Source: Octopus vulgaris (lineage: Eukaryota). From it: a DNA stretch of 64,000 nt. The notes beneath the pieces are model-generated. The model ran no database searches, had not been told where the DNA came from, and saw only the letters and a list, made by a program, of their open reading frames with translations. The position numbers and the translations under genes are program-made. Shown piece by piece: positions 14,423 to 28,970 of this stretch (position 1 is its first letter; the number at the start of each line of letters is the position of its first letter). Location of the stretch: NCBI GenBank assembly GCA_951406725.2, contig OX597826.1, forward strand, positions 20,460,001 through 20,524,000, in the 5' to 3' direction.

Positions 14423-15141
14423 AAACATTTGAAAGAAATACACTAATAAACGTATTTAGTGAAATATAAATATTTTAACTGTTCAATATCTAAAAATATG
14501 TTTATTAAAGGATGGTGTTATTTTTACGAAAAAAAAAATAAAACATGACAAGTACAAACACACTTACATACATACATACGTACATGCATACATATGCATG
14601 CATACATACATACATACATACATATATACATACATGAATACATATTCCTTCCTACTTACACACGTACGTAGTACTTACATACATACACACATACATACGC
14701 ACATGTATATACCTTCCTACTTACGTACGTACCTACCTACCTACATACATACATATATACATACATACGCGCATACATATACCTTCCTACTTGCGTACGT
14801 ATGCACCTACCTACCTACATACATACATATACACATACAGACATATACACATATGGTATGATAGAAATGTGCGGTGAGTGTTCCATGAGTGCTTTTTGAG
14901 AACTCCAAGTGTATTTTATAAGATGTTTAGAGCAAAGACAACATCCCCCTTCTTTAATAACACAACACAACTAACCCGGAAATCTCAGAGAAAAGGAATG
15001 TGAAATAATTATGTAAAACTTACACATACATAGAAACCCACATACATGTATGCAGACACATATCCTCACAAACTCACACATATATATACACACACACACA
15101 CACTACATTTATACATGAACACTCACACACGTATATAATGT

Positions 15142-15199
<58 letters not shown>

Positions 15200-15407
15200 G
15201 CATAACGAGTATTTATGAAGTTTCGAATGGAAAAAGGTTACTCTTTCACAAGGATGTTTTTTATCCATGGTTTAGCTCCATATCGATTAATATAGTTGGA
15301 ATTCATTAAATTGTGTTAGTATTAGTGTTAACACATATGAAGTTCCAGTAGTCAGTTCAGGTGTGTTCATCTATTCGATAGAGGGGCACAGAGTTTTAAT
15401 AATATAA

Positions 15408-15955
15408 TATAAGGAAAATGGAGAGTTTGAACACACAAAAAATCAAGTGATTTATATAATATTCAGTTTCATATCGCCTACGTACGATACAATTTTTTAC
15501 CTTCATTCATGTTTTGCTATTAAGATTGCATTTAAAGGGTAAAAGTCTTTTCTGGGCAAAAACTGGCAAAAATTCATTCCCATCCTAATGGATGAAGAGT
15601 TAGTTGCTTCAATATATATATATTTATATAGGAAATATATATATGCTGAAATAGCAGCATGCGTTTGTGGGATTGTTTGCGTCAGCATGTGTGTCTTTTG
15701 AATTCCTTTCTTAAAATAGCTTAAGGCACAAACGCATGCTCCGACTTCAGCTGGTAAGAAACTCTTCATCCATTAGGATGGGAATGGATTTCTGTCAATT
15801 TTCGTCCTGAAGAGATTTGTATCTTTTAAATGCATAATGCAATCATAATTGCAAGATATGAATGAAGGTAAGAAATTGAAACGTACGTAGGTGATATGAA
15901 ATTGACTATTACATAAATAAATTGATTTTTCTGTGTTCAAACTCTCCATTTTCCT

Positions 15956-15959
<4 letters not shown>
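15408..15959. repeat. Diverged inverted repeat (arms 15408-15601 and 15760-15959)
   Basis: ATAAGGAAAATGGAGAGTTTGAACAC vs GTGTTCAAACTCTCCATTTTCCTTAT; CCCATCCTAATGGATGAAGAGT vs ACTCTTCATCCATTAGGATGGG. Confidence 0.85.
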
Positions 15960-16044
<85 letters not shown>

Positions 16045-16105
16045 ACACAGACAGACACACACACATAGACACACACAGACACACACTCACACACACACCC
16101 ACACA

Positions 16106-16146
<41 letters not shown>

Positions 16147-16348
16147 ACACAGACAGACACACACACATAGACACACACAGACACACACTCACACACACAC
16201 CCACACACTCACACACACACACTCACACACACACACACACACTCTCACACACAGACAGACACACACACATAGACACACACAGACACACACTCACACACAC
16301 ACCCACACACTCACACACACACACACTCACACACACACACACACACAT
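15960..16348. repeat. (CA)n with a higher-order block repeated three times
   Basis: CAGACAGACACACACACATAGACACACACAGAC...CCCACACACTC recurs three times. Confidence 0.9.
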
Positions 16349-16351
16349 GTT

Positions 16352-16730
16352 CTTTTACTTGTTTCTGTCATTTGACCGCAGCCTTGGTGGAGTACCATTT
16401 TAGTCGAGCAAATCCACCCCAGGATTTATTCTTTGTAAGCCTAGTACTTATTCTCTTTAGCTGAATCGCTAAGTGATGCTGACGTAAACACACCAACATT
16501 AGCTGTCAAGCGATGGTGGGGGGAACAAACACAGACACACGAATACATACATATATATATATCTATATGACGGGATTCTTTCAGTTTCTGTCTACCAAAT
16601 CCAGTCACAAGGCTTTGGTCGGCTCGAAGCTATTGTAGAAGACACTTGACCAAGGTGCCACGCAGTGAGACTGAACCCGGAATCATGTTGCTGAGAAGGA
16701 TGCTTCTTATCACACAGCCGAACCTGCACC
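16352..16730 (-). mobile_element. tRNA-SINE, same family as 9849-12530
   Basis: Reverse-complement similarity, e.g. TTTCAGTTTCTGTCTACCAAATCC and AGACACTTGACCAAGGTGCCACGCAGTG. Confidence 0.85.
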
Positions 16731-16764
16731 TATATATATATATATATATATATATCAGTAAAAC

Positions 16765-17015
16765 GTAAAGTTCCTTCTGGAGCCATGCCAGGCTCATGAG
16801 GTTCGGTTTTCCGGTTTCCATAGCGTATATATTCCCACCTGGTTGGGCCGACGGTCCATGGTAGGTTTCCTCATTTTTCCCAGCTGAGTGAACTGGAGCA
16901 ACGTGGAATGAAGTGTTTTGCTCAGGAGCACAATGCGCTTCCCGGTCCAGGAATCGAAACTACAGTCTTACGATCATGTGTCCAGCACCCTAACCACTAT
17001 GCAATGCGCCTTCAC
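16765..17015 (-). mobile_element. CORE-like tRNA-SINE with a different 3' tail
   Basis: CAGCTGAGTGAACTGGAGCAACGTG (CORE-like reverse complement), GGAATCGAA B-box reverse complement. Confidence 0.75.
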
Positions 17016-17271
17016 CCCCTCCACATATTCAGTCATTTGACTTCAGCCGTGCTGGGGCACCATATAATTTGTATACATCATATATTGCTTCCCAACCACA
17101 CAGTTCCAGGTTCAATCTCACTGCGTGGCACCGACCAAGACTTGTGAATGGATTTGGTAGACGGAAACTGAAAGAAGCCCCTCGTATAAAGATGAAAGAT
17201 ATATCATAAATATAATATGTGTGTACATATGTATACACACACACACACACACATATATATATTTATATAGG

Positions 17272-17770
17272 AAATCACCTTTTGGGATGCTGTAGAGCTG
17301 TGCCGTTGAATTTTGCTTAACGTCCTCTGTTGACTCAAATCTCGCTTTGAGTGTTATTTTGTGCTTTGGAAATAACCAAAATCACACGGAGCCACGTCTG
17401 GGGAGCAGGAAGACTGACGAACAAGTGGTATATTTTGCTTGACGAGTAATACATGGAGGACGTGGGCGGAATGACCAAGTGAGTTGTCAAGGTGGAGTTG
17501 TCAGTTCTTTGCTGCCCTCAGCTCGAGTCGTTTTCGCCGCACAGTTTCACGAAGGCGACGAAGAACACCCAATTGTCTGGCCACAACTTGGCTCACTGTC
17601 AAATGAGGTGCAGCCATCTATGGACCGTTTGCACCACTCCTTTATTTGCGTTTTTCTCATAGAATCCTCTCCAAAGACCTTCCGAATCTTCTCGATATTC
17701 TGGGCTTGCGTATCACCAAGATTTTGGCAGAATTTGATTCAGTATCTTTGCTCAATGTGCTCGGTCATCT
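17272..17770 (-). pseudogene. Internally deleted mariner transposase relic
   Basis: Minus strand reads IEQRY*IKFCQNLGDTQAQ...FGEDSMRKTQIKEW (HTH) and PDVAPCDF (third catalytic D motif). Confidence 0.88.
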
Positions 17771-18591
17771 TGACTTAAAAAGAAAATTCACACAGCACTC
17801 TCTTCACGTCTGTACTCAACGCGTGTCTGTAGGTTGCGCCATTCGCAACCTACAGACACGGAACATTTTGCGCACGCTCAAAAAGGATGCGGCCACCTAA
17901 TAGCCATGTGTATTTCGCTCATGCATAGACTGAAAGAATTACGACTCTACTTCCTGGTGTGAAGGCGGGAGAGAACTGCGGTGATATTCATATGGAAGAT
18001 TCTAAAGGCGATGGCGTCACACTTTGGTATCGAGAGTTATACAAACCCCTGAACAGAACGTCACAGTACTGTCCTATAGGTTCCACTCATCCCGTCTAGA
18101 ATGAGGACCAAGTAGTGTTATAGCATGGGATTCAAAGGCTAACAGCTAATTAATATATTGCCCTAAAACCAGAAGGATCAAGAAGCAATCGACTTCCTTT
18201 TGTCCAAGGTCCCAGATGAAACCACAACATCACAGAAAGAAAATGAAAAGACGACAGCATTACTAATCTCTTTCTTTCATCAAAAGCCAATCACATGAGA
18301 ATGACCACTGAAAAGGTGATGCTCCAGTATAGCCAGAGCCTTTTAGAGGAAACGCAGAAAAGAATAAAAGAAACTGAACTTCTACTGGTCAAAGCAGCAG
18401 TCTTGTTTCCGGTAGTCATCTTGGACTTCCTGTACCACTCCAATCGGCCACCTATGCCCTGAGAGCTAGATCACTATAAGGTACCTACGAAACTTTGTTG
18501 CATCGGACCGAATCAAACTGTTTTAAAGAATAATATATGTAACTCCTACTAAATGTGTTGAGTACCTCTTTCTTTCGTTTGTCCACTCATC

Positions 18592-18683
<92 letters not shown>

Positions 18684-18684
<1 letters not shown>

Positions 18685-19078
18685 AAGAGTTATGGAATGG
18701 AGTAGATAAGATCCGGGCTAGCAGAACATCAAAAGTGGTAAATATCCAAGCAGGCTACTCTTCAGGCCAAGAATATCTTAATTAAGTAAAAGTTTAGATT
18801 GTCGCAAGGATATTCATGTTAATAGATGGAAGATTCAAGAGTGGGAATGGAGAATATAAATGTAAAGATGAATTAGGAATAACAGGAATTTATTCTCCAC
18901 TCCTAATGTGCTCTCTACACATTCTGATTAAATCTTTCATGTGTTAACATCTACCTCTTTGCAGCCTGAAGATTAGCCTGCGGTATGTACTTCGCTTGGA
19001 TGTTTACCACTTCTGAGGTTCCGCTCGTTATGAAACATGTTTACAACGGATCTTATCAACTCCATTCTTTAGCACTTA
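18684..19078. repeat. Diverged inverted repeat with a degenerate hammerhead in the right arm (about 18958-19046, +)
   Basis: GGAGTAGATAAGATCCG vs CGGATCTTATCAACTCC; right arm CTGAAGA...GAAACATGTT. Confidence 0.65.
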
Positions 19079-19481
19079 TATTCTTATTCGCATACCCGGC
19101 AACCCCGGTCGCCTACCGTGAAACATAAAAAGAACTTTTTTCAGCTTATCTTACTTCGCTACGGAAGAAATCCATAACCTCCAGTCTTAATAAACCACTA
19201 TTGTCCCTGAAAGTGTTTTTTATTATATTTACTACGGCTTGCTTGAAGCTAACTTTCTTCCTGCACCTCGATCCCTGGATCTTGTATGTATGTGTATATA
19301 TATCTATATATATGTATATATGTATGTATGCATGTATGCATGTATGTATGTATGTATGTATGTATGTATGTATGTATGTATGTATGTATGTATGTATATA
19401 AGCGTGTGTGTTCACACGCACACACACGCGTTCACAAGCATATTTGTAATTTTCACACATTTACGCCAAATTATAAGGAAA

Positions 19482-19630
19482 GGCGCACAATAGGTTGTGT
19501 GGTAAGAAGTTTGCTTCCCAGCCACATGTTCCAGGTTCAGTCCTACTGCGACAGCTTGGATAAATGACTTCTACTACAGCCTTAGGTCTTGTGAGTGGAT
19601 TTGGTTGACGAAAACTGAAAGACGTTCGTC
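19482..19630 (+). mobile_element. tRNA-SINE fragment, 9849 family
   Basis: GTGTGGTAAGAAGTTTGCTTCCCAGCCACATGTTCCAGGTTCAGTCC...GTGAGTGGATTTGG. Confidence 0.8.
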
Positions 19631-19660
19631 ATATATATATATGTATATATGGATATATAT

Positions 19661-19907
19661 ATTCGTTTATTACTGTTCTTATTTTATTATTTTAACTCAT
19701 GTCCATTGTCCGTAAATTTTTTTTTCCTCACACATATGTGACCTCTTCAGTGACACTTTTCGTTTGAGAACTGAATGGAGTAAGTGGAGCGAGAACACAC
19801 ACGAAAACGAAAAGTGTCACTGAAGAGGTCATGGATGTGTGACGAACAAAATTTCCGGACAATGGACTTGAGTTAAAATAATAAAATAAGAAGAGTATTA
19901 AACGAGT
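19661..19907. repeat. Inverted repeat (19661-19765 / 19805-19907) with a degenerate hammerhead core
   Basis: Perfect 27-bp inner stem TGACCTCTTCAGTGACACTTTTCGTTT; right arm TGTCA-CTGAAGA-G-GTCA..TGAC-GAA. Confidence 0.75.
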
Positions 19908-19980
19908 GACGAAAAAATATATAGTGCGTGTGTTTATTCGACAAAAAACCCCAAAAGAATGACCATCCCAGAATACAATA

Positions 19981-20110
<130 letters not shown>

Positions 20111-20380
20111 GTATATATACATATGTATATATATGTGCATATATATCTATGTGTGTGTATATATATATGTATATATATATGTATATATAATAAGAATATT
20201 AATAAAAACAAGTATACTGTGGGTGTAGTTAACTGGCAAAAAATATGACCATCCCGAAATATAAGAATGTCTGTTTCAACACATGGTTTCACATCAGGAG
20301 TCTTGTAAAACAAATGCATAAACCATTATTTTACATTATTTTACATTTGATGGATATTTGTCCTCATCTTGTTTGTTGTT

Positions 20381-20426
20381 AACACAAAGTTTCGACTGAT
20401 GTACTCTCCAGCTTTCATCAGGTGTC
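20381..20426 (-). ncRNA. Minimal PLE-type hammerhead, slightly decayed
   Basis: Minus strand: GACAC-CUGAUGA-A-AGCUG..CAGUC-GAAA-CU-UU^-GUGUU. Confidence 0.65.
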
Positions 20427-20727
20427 CTGGGGGAATTTCGAACCTCGATTCTTATTCCTGAGCTATTTTTCCGATATTATTATTATTATGATGATGCAGG
20501 TCACTGCTTGGAATCGAACTTGGAATACTTAGGGTTAGTAACCACTACGCCATAATAAACGCATATATATATACACATGGATACATACATACATACATAC
20601 AAATGTACATAGATATTTACAATTTCCACTCATTGACGCAAAATCACACAACACACGTACGTCAGCAATCAGCACTTAATATTTGCACGGAGGAAGAGAC
20701 AGTTGTAGTAATAGCAGCAGTAGTGGC

Positions 20728-20905
<178 letters not shown>

Positions 20906-20912
20906 GTAGTAG

Positions 20913-21105
20913 TTTCAAATTTTGGCATAAGGCCAGCAAGTTTGGAGGAAGGGGTGAGGTCGATTATATTGACCTCAGTACTCAGCTGGTACTTAATTTA
21001 TCGATCCCGAAAGGAGGAAAGGTAAAATTGACATCGGCGGAATTTGAACTCAGAACGAAGTGCTAAGCATTTTACCCGGCGGACAAACGATTCTGCTCGC
21101 CTTGC
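20913..21105 (-). mobile_element. tRNA-SINE with CCTTTCATCCTTTCGGGGTCGATAAA-type central domain (probably Meta/MESC-like)
   Basis: Reverse complement of GTTCTGAGTTCAAATTCCGCCG...CCTTTCGGGATCGATAAATTAAGTACCAG; many copies in the window. Confidence 0.8.
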
Positions 21106-21859
21106 TAAAAGTAATAATACGAACAATAACAGGAAAGGATGAAAAGAAAAAAAACAGACAAAAACAATCACAATAATAAATAACAGAAAAATATCTGAAA
21201 AATATCTCAAAAAGAAAAAGAAAGCAAATGAAAAATAAAAATAAAACAAGAGCAAAAACTAAAAAAAATCCCCGAATAAAAGCCGAAGAGCAGAAAGTAG
21301 TCGTAATATCCATTTGCAAAAGAATGGTAAAACATATTGGAAAGAGATTTCTTTGAAATGGTGGAAAGAGGGGAAAGGAACATTGGTATATATAAAGATA
21401 CGCACACATACACATACATACACACACATACACACACACACACACACGCATGCACGCACACACACATATATATGAATGTGTTTATAATTGTGGAGTTGGG
21501 ATGGGGGAAAGAGAAAAGGGTCAGCAGTAAAAGAAGGGGTAGTAGAGCGAGAGGAAGAGGTCAGAGGTGTGGCGGTGATGTATGTATAAGTGTGGGTAAG
21601 GGATAGAGGAGGAGGAGGAGGTGGAAGTGGAAGAGGTGGTGGAGGTGGTGGAGGTGGGGGATGTGTTAACGAAAGACAGAAATATTTTGGGGAAAATAAG
21701 AATAGTTGTTTTTATAATCATTTGCAATTCTGTAAGCAACACATGAAATCGCTGCAGGGGCGCATCTTCAACGGGGAAGCACCAGAACATTGCAGTAGAA
21801 GGAGTAGGAGAGAAGGGGTGAGGCATGAGAGAAACAACACCAACACCACCACGACCACC

Positions 21860-21891
<32 letters not shown>

Positions 21892-21997
21892 CAACAACAA
21901 AAGACTACAACAAAAGCAGGTTCCGGATGAGCCGGGTTAAAAGCAATTATCAGAGACTAAATATCCATGCACGTGCTTGCACTACACACACACACAC

Positions 21998-22070
<73 letters not shown>

Positions 22071-22269
22071 TATACACAAGGGTGCGCGCAGACATATAAT
22101 ATGCACAAAGATTCGGCATATGCACAGATACAGAAACTGATATAATTATGTACAAATATACGTATATATAAACACACACTCGCACGCACACACTCACACA
22201 CACATACATACACACGTACATATAGTCAGTCACAAAACTAATATATACAAAGATATGATACGCGGTACA

Positions 22270-22311
<42 letters not shown>

Positions 22312-22331
22312 CATACACACACATGTATATG

Positions 22332-22368
<37 letters not shown>

Positions 22369-22459
22369 CTATATATACATATATAAATATACATACACAA
22401 GCACACCCACCAACCCCGACACGCCCCTACACACATATATGTAATATACACACACACAT

Positions 22460-23569
22460 ACCCCGCAAACACAAAATAATGGAAGCACCTTGTTAAATGA
22501 ATGTTTTATTAGTTAATATGGATTTCGACCGTCTTTAGCATCAATCACAGCAATCCATATACCAAGAAATTGACTTGTAGAGATTCAGAACGGTTGTTAG
22601 AAGAATTCTGAGCCTTTCTTCAAGTCACACCTGCTTTAGTTCTTCAAGCAACAACAGTAGAGAGATGTGTTCCTTCATCTCCTGCTCCAAAATGCACCAT
22701 AAATATTCAATTATTTTGTGATCCACTCATTAATTTTGCGCGATTTATACGAATTTTGAATAGCATTTAGGTGAATCGGTGTATTATTCACCTGGAATAT
22801 TGTGCTACTATCATCTGGGAACAGTGATTGCATCATAGAAAGGACATGATTGGCCAAAATACTCAGAGAATCCTTGGTATTAACTTTGCCATCTAGAAAA
22901 ACTAAAAAGCCAGGAGAATTCTATTATATGACTGCTGGAATCATCTCAAAGTCACCTTCATACTTGGTGGTATGGGACACCATTTGGAGGTGTCTTTGGG
23001 CTCTCTCTAGAAATAAGTTCACTCCAAAGAGGGAAAATGAGGTGAATGGTCAGTCATTAGAGACGCACTTTGTTCCATTGAGCCATTGACCACTTCTCAT
23101 TGTCTAGACACCATTTTCCCTGCTTATCAATGCTAGAGGGGGACTGAAAAGGTTTAGCAACTGCAACCTTCTCATGGTATCCAGCTTTATGTCGCATGCT
23201 ACAAACGGTTGACCCAAGGTTGGCAAACCGATCGTTAAGTTCTGTCGTCACTTTTTCAGCTTTAGCTCAAGTGATATTTTTTTCTGGACACAATATGTTT
23301 CATTACTCTTTGGTCCCTTGCCGTGAGATTTGACTCCAATCCAGCATAATCCTTACCAAAGCTGATATTACCGTGATTTTGGAATGCCAACGTGACTTTA
23401 GAAACTGTACCTTTTGAAGCATTAAAAAATTCAGCAGAAAGGCAAAGGGTCGCATCAAGAAGTACAAGGTACAAGAAGTACAAGAAGTACAATGCAAAGG
23501 AACACATTTATACAGACTTGAATAGTGAAACAAATGGTGGTGTTCCCATTATTTTGACCAGTTCCTGTA
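22460..23569 (-). mobile_element. Tc1-like DNA transposon relic with terminal inverted repeats
   Basis: CAAAATAATGGAAGCACC (22472) vs GGTGTTCCCATTATTTTG (23539), ending CTG-TA; decayed transposase TARDQRVM...AVAKPF...WSMAQWNKV. Confidence 0.85.
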
Positions 23570-24720
23570 CATACATGGACACATACATACATACGTACGT
23601 ACATGAATACATAAACACACATACATACATACATACATACATACATACATACATACATACATACATACATACATACATACATACGTACGTACATGAATAC
23701 ATAAACACACATACATACATACATACATACATACATACATACATACATACATACATACATACATACATACATACATACATACATACATACATACATACAT
23801 ACATACATACGTACGTACATACATACATACATACATACATACATACATACATACATACATACATACGTACGTACATGAATACATAAACACACATACATAC
23901 ATACATACATACATACATACATACATACATACATACATACATACGTACATACATACATACATACATACATACATACATACATACATACATACATACGTAC
24001 GTACATGAATACATACATACATACATACATACATACATACATACATACATACATACGTACGTACATGAATACATACATACATACATACATACATACATAC
24101 ATACATACATACATACATACGTACGTACATGAATACATACATACATACATACATACATACATACATACATACATACATACATACATACATACATACATAC
24201 GTACGTACATGAATACATACATACATACATACATACATACATACATACATACATACATACATACATACGTACGTACATGAATACATACATACATACATAC
24301 ATACATACATACATACATACATACATACATACATACGTACATGAATACATACATACATACATACATACATACATACATACATACATACATACATACATAC
24401 ATACATACATACGTACGTACATGAATACATACATACATACATACATACATACATACATACATACATACATACATACATACATACATACGTACGTACATGA
24501 ATACATAAACACACATACATACATACATACATACATACATACATACATACATACATACATACATACATACATACATACATACATACATACATACATACAT
24601 ACATACATACATACATACATACATACATACATACATACATACATACATACATACGTACATACATACATACATACATACATACATACGTACGTACATGCAT
24701 ACATACATAAACATACATAT
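23570..24720. repeat. (ACAT)n array with periodic GTACGTACATGAAT interruptions
   Basis: Directly visible higher-order structure. Confidence 0.97.
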
Positions 24721-24724
24721 ATAT

Positions 24725-24935
24725 ATCTTTTAACGCTAACTTGTTTCATTCTTTTAACTGCAGCCATGCTGGGGCACCGCCATGAAGGGTTTTAATCGAA
24801 CAAGTCGACCAAAGGACTTACTTTTCGAAGCCTAATACTTACTCTATCGCTCTATTAGCTGAACCGCTAGGTTGCAGGGACGTAAACAGACTAACACTGG
24901 CTCTGAAGCTGTGGTGGTGAGATTCAGAGACACAC
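24725..24935 (-). mobile_element. 3' part of a tRNA-SINE, 9849 family
   Basis: CTGCAGCCATGCTGGGGCACCGCC...GGGACGTAAACA. Confidence 0.75.
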
Positions 24936-24957
24936 ATACACACACACACGCACACAC

Positions 24958-25023
<66 letters not shown>

Positions 25024-25672
25024 GCCGCTTACTGTGATCACTTAGTAATAATACTTTTTAGCTAGCACTTACTGTTTAATGACATTAAACAGTAAAAAGA
25101 GCAATATTTTAGAGGCGTAATTTTAGTTTCCTCGGAATCAAACAATGTCTAGCGTTCTCATAAACATTGCCTGGCAATGTCTAACGTCAGAGTCAACTGG
25201 TTCCACGAGTGTCTGCCAACTGTATGTTTGTGCTTCGACAGAATTATGAAATAATGATTTTGTTAATTGAATATGAAAGAATGGTATTGTTAATTGAACG
25301 CGAAATAATTGTTTTGTTCAATATGAAATAATGGAATTGCTATTTAAATAGGAAATGATGGTACGGTTAATTAAAATAGTCATGTTTTAATTAACCGTTA
25401 TATCTATTCTTATGTTTTGCTGCTTGATAGTCTTCCATGTTGCTGTTTTTACACGCATCCTCACGAACTCCGAAATACACACGTATCTATGTACAAACAC
25501 ACACGCACACACATACACACACAGACGCATACATATATACGTATCTACATATATACATGCATATATATACATATACATGCATATATATGCATATACATAT
25601 ATATGCATATACATATATACAGACATTCGTGTACTTGTATGTACATATGTAAATACATCGAGGTTAAAATCA

Positions 25673-25756
<84 letters not shown>

Positions 25757-26726
25757 GTATATATATATATGTATATATATATGTATGTATGTTTGTATGT
25801 ATTTTTGTGTGTGTAGATACATACATGCATACATACATACATAACATACATACACACACACACAAATACACACATATATAATGATAATAATAACACAAAG
25901 CACAGTTTGCAGTTGGGGAGCGGGGTTATGTTTTACGATTCAAGAATTTTTAACCTAAAATATATTTCTATTCAGAAATGTACCAGAACCTTTTTCATCA
26001 TACCCAGTTTCTTGATGGCTTCTACTTCCGGTTTCATCTTTTTTCTCCAGCTCCTTTCTTACTTACAGACAGAACTATTTTATTGCTTGAAAATGCGTGC
26101 ACGCAGCAGGGAAGAAAGCATGCGAAATAAATGAATTCTACACAATTTTCTTGTGTTTGTAAAGCAAAGGTTTTTAGTTATTAGAAATCCAGAGGAAAGA
26201 CAAAATAGTAATTATTTGCTTCCAGTTTTGTTCTCTTTGTACTTCTCTCATTTTATTTCAGAAGAAGAGAGGAAAGGAGAAAGGAAGCAAAGACTGCGGC
26301 GGGGGTGGGGGTAAACCTGGTTGTAAGAATAAGAGAATATAAAAATAAAAAAAAACAAAAAAAACGAATAGGCTTAGATATTTTGTAGTGAGAATTTTCT
26401 AGAGCCAGTTGTACAGTGATTTGGTTATAAGAACGAAATAATATTGCAAGAAACCAAAATATTTTGTAATTGAGTTGGAATATTTTCAATTCTGACTGGA
26501 AAATGATTTCAGGTTTGAGGCATAATACGGAAAATTTTGTGATTTAGCTTAATTTCTGTAATGAAATAAAAATAAAACATAAAAATAAAACAAGAAAAAC
26601 AACGATAACAACAACAACAACAGCAACAACAACAACAACAACAACAATAATATTTGCAGCTACGTTTAAAGAATGGCGAGCAGTTCCAGAAAGATATTAC
26701 TTGCATTCTAAGGGCTGGGATTAAGA

Positions 26727-26813
26727 TACATACATACACACATACATACATACATTCATACATATATACATTCAAACATACATACATACATAAATACATA
26801 CATACATACATAA

Positions 26814-26847
<34 letters not shown>

Positions 26848-26941
26848 CATACATACATACATAAATACATACAGACAAACATACATACATACATACATAC
26901 ATAAATACATACATACATACATACATATATACATACATACA

Positions 26942-26975
<34 letters not shown>

Positions 26976-27111
26976 CATACATACATACATACATACATAC
27001 ATACATAAATACATACATGCATAAATACATACATACATACATACATACATAAATACATAAATACATACATACATACATACATATATACATACATACATAC
27101 ATATACATACA

Positions 27112-27145
<34 letters not shown>

Positions 27146-27227
27146 CATACATACATATATACATACATTCATACATACATACATACATACATACATACAT
27201 ACATACATACATAAATACATACATACA

Positions 27228-27261
<34 letters not shown>

Positions 27262-27376
27262 CTTACATACATGCATACATACATACATACATACATACAT
27301 ACATAAATACATAAATACATACATACATACATACATACATACATACATACATACATACATACATACATACATACCC
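26727..27376. repeat. (ACAT)n with AAAT/ATAT variants
   Basis: Directly visible. Confidence 0.97.
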
Positions 27377-27377
27377 A

Positions 27378-28426
27378 CAGGTTATCAAAGCGTTGGCTCC
27401 GGTCATCTGCGAACCTTTAACACTTCTATTTAATATGTCATTGGCGACGGGTGTTATACCTGCGGACTGGAGAACAGCGATAATCTGCCCAATTTTCAAG
27501 AAAGGGAGCCACGAAGACCCGCTTAACTACCGCCCGGTTTCCCTTACTTCAATAATCAGCAAGATGTTCGAAACCATCCTTAAGAAAAGTATGTTGCTCC
27601 ACCTCCAAAACACAGCCTCTATCTCTGATTCCCAACACGGCTTCGTGCCGAAGAGATCATGCTTGACCAACTTACTGGTAATGGAAGAATTGGTGACGCG
27701 TATCCTGGATGATGGTGATGCTGTTGACATCGTTTTATTGGACTTTGCCAAAGCTTTTGATTCGGTAAACCACCGCCTATTACTTGTCAAGCTTTAAGCA
27801 TATAGTTTCCATCCGGATATTGTACGATGGGTTGGTGCCTTCCTCTCAGATCGCTCCTTCCAAGTTCAAGTTAATGGTTCGCTGTCCGACGTCTCCAGTG
27901 CGCGCAGTAGCGTGCCTCAAGGTTCAGTGCTTGGGCCCTTGTTTTTAGTCTTCATAAATGACTTGCCCGATGACCTCACGCAACACACCCTTCTATTTGC
28001 CGACGATGTCAAACTGGTCGCTCCTCGCGGTGATATAGATGATCTTCGTCGATGCCTCCGCCAAGTTTGGAGATGGTCTAACGAATGGGACTTGTGTCTA
28101 AACGTGTCAAAGTGCTGTCATCTGCCTGTTGGCTGGAGAGGACCGACCAGGTAAAGGACCTGGGTATCTTGGTGGATTCTTCCTTTTCGCCTTCGGCTCA
28201 GTGCGTTCATGCTACCAACAAAGCACGCGGAGTTCTGTTTTTGATTCGACGGTCATTCGGAATGCTCACAGCAGCAATATTCTTACCGCTCTATGTCACG
28301 CTGGTGAGATCCATATTGGGGTACGGGATTCAAGCCTCTTCTCCTTATCTCCTCAAAGACATACATCATCTTGAAAGAGTCCAGAAGCTGGCTACCCGTA
28401 TGGTTCTTGGTCTCAAGCATTTGTCT

Positions 28427-28428
<2 letters not shown>
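27378..28428 (+). pseudogene. CR1-like LINE reverse transcriptase, 5' truncated and disrupted
   Basis: WRTAIICPIFKKG, NYRPVSLTS, QHGF, DFAKAFDSV, PQGSVLGP, LFADD, KDLG, LERVQ motifs. Confidence 0.95.
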
Positions 28429-28458
<30 letters not shown>

Positions 28459-28496
28459 CATATGCTTAATGTATGTATGTATGTATTAATGTATAG

Positions 28497-28895
28497 TTGA
28501 GTTAAGTTAAGTTAATTTGGCTTAAAAAGCAAAAAGCAAGGCCATGTAGGGGGACATGGAGTTATGTACAGGGAGGGTGTTCATGCAAAGAGTTCAGGCC
28601 ATTTCTGGTCAAGAGAGACTTTGAACCGAGCGGTCGTCGGCATCTTCATTAACTCGTCCGGCAGCTTATTCCACGGATCCGCAACCCGGACGGAGAAAGC
28701 CCCTCTCCTTCGATTGAGATGAAATCGTCGCAGATAGAGCTTTTCGGAGTGACCCCGCAGCCGATGCTCTGGAGCAGGAGTGAAGAACAGCTCTTTCGAG
28801 AGGTTACACTTTCCGCTTATGATGTTGTGAGCAAAAATGAGATTACTACGGCGTCGTCGTTTTTCTAGAGAATAAAGGTCGAGCGTCTTCAGCCT
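28497..28895 (-). mobile_element. 3' end of the same CR1-like LINE, inverted, with (TTAAC)n tail
   Basis: RLKTLDLYSLEKRRRR...LRGH...FSVRVADPWNKLP continues the + strand ...LKHLS. Confidence 0.92.
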
Positions 28896-28903
28896 TATAT
28901 ATG

Positions 28904-28970
<67 letters not shown>

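Noticed and set aside
27378-28895. Twin-priming explanation for the inverted LINE
   Set aside because: Geometry is tail-to-tail with TA tracts at both breakpoints, not the head-to-head twin-priming pattern.
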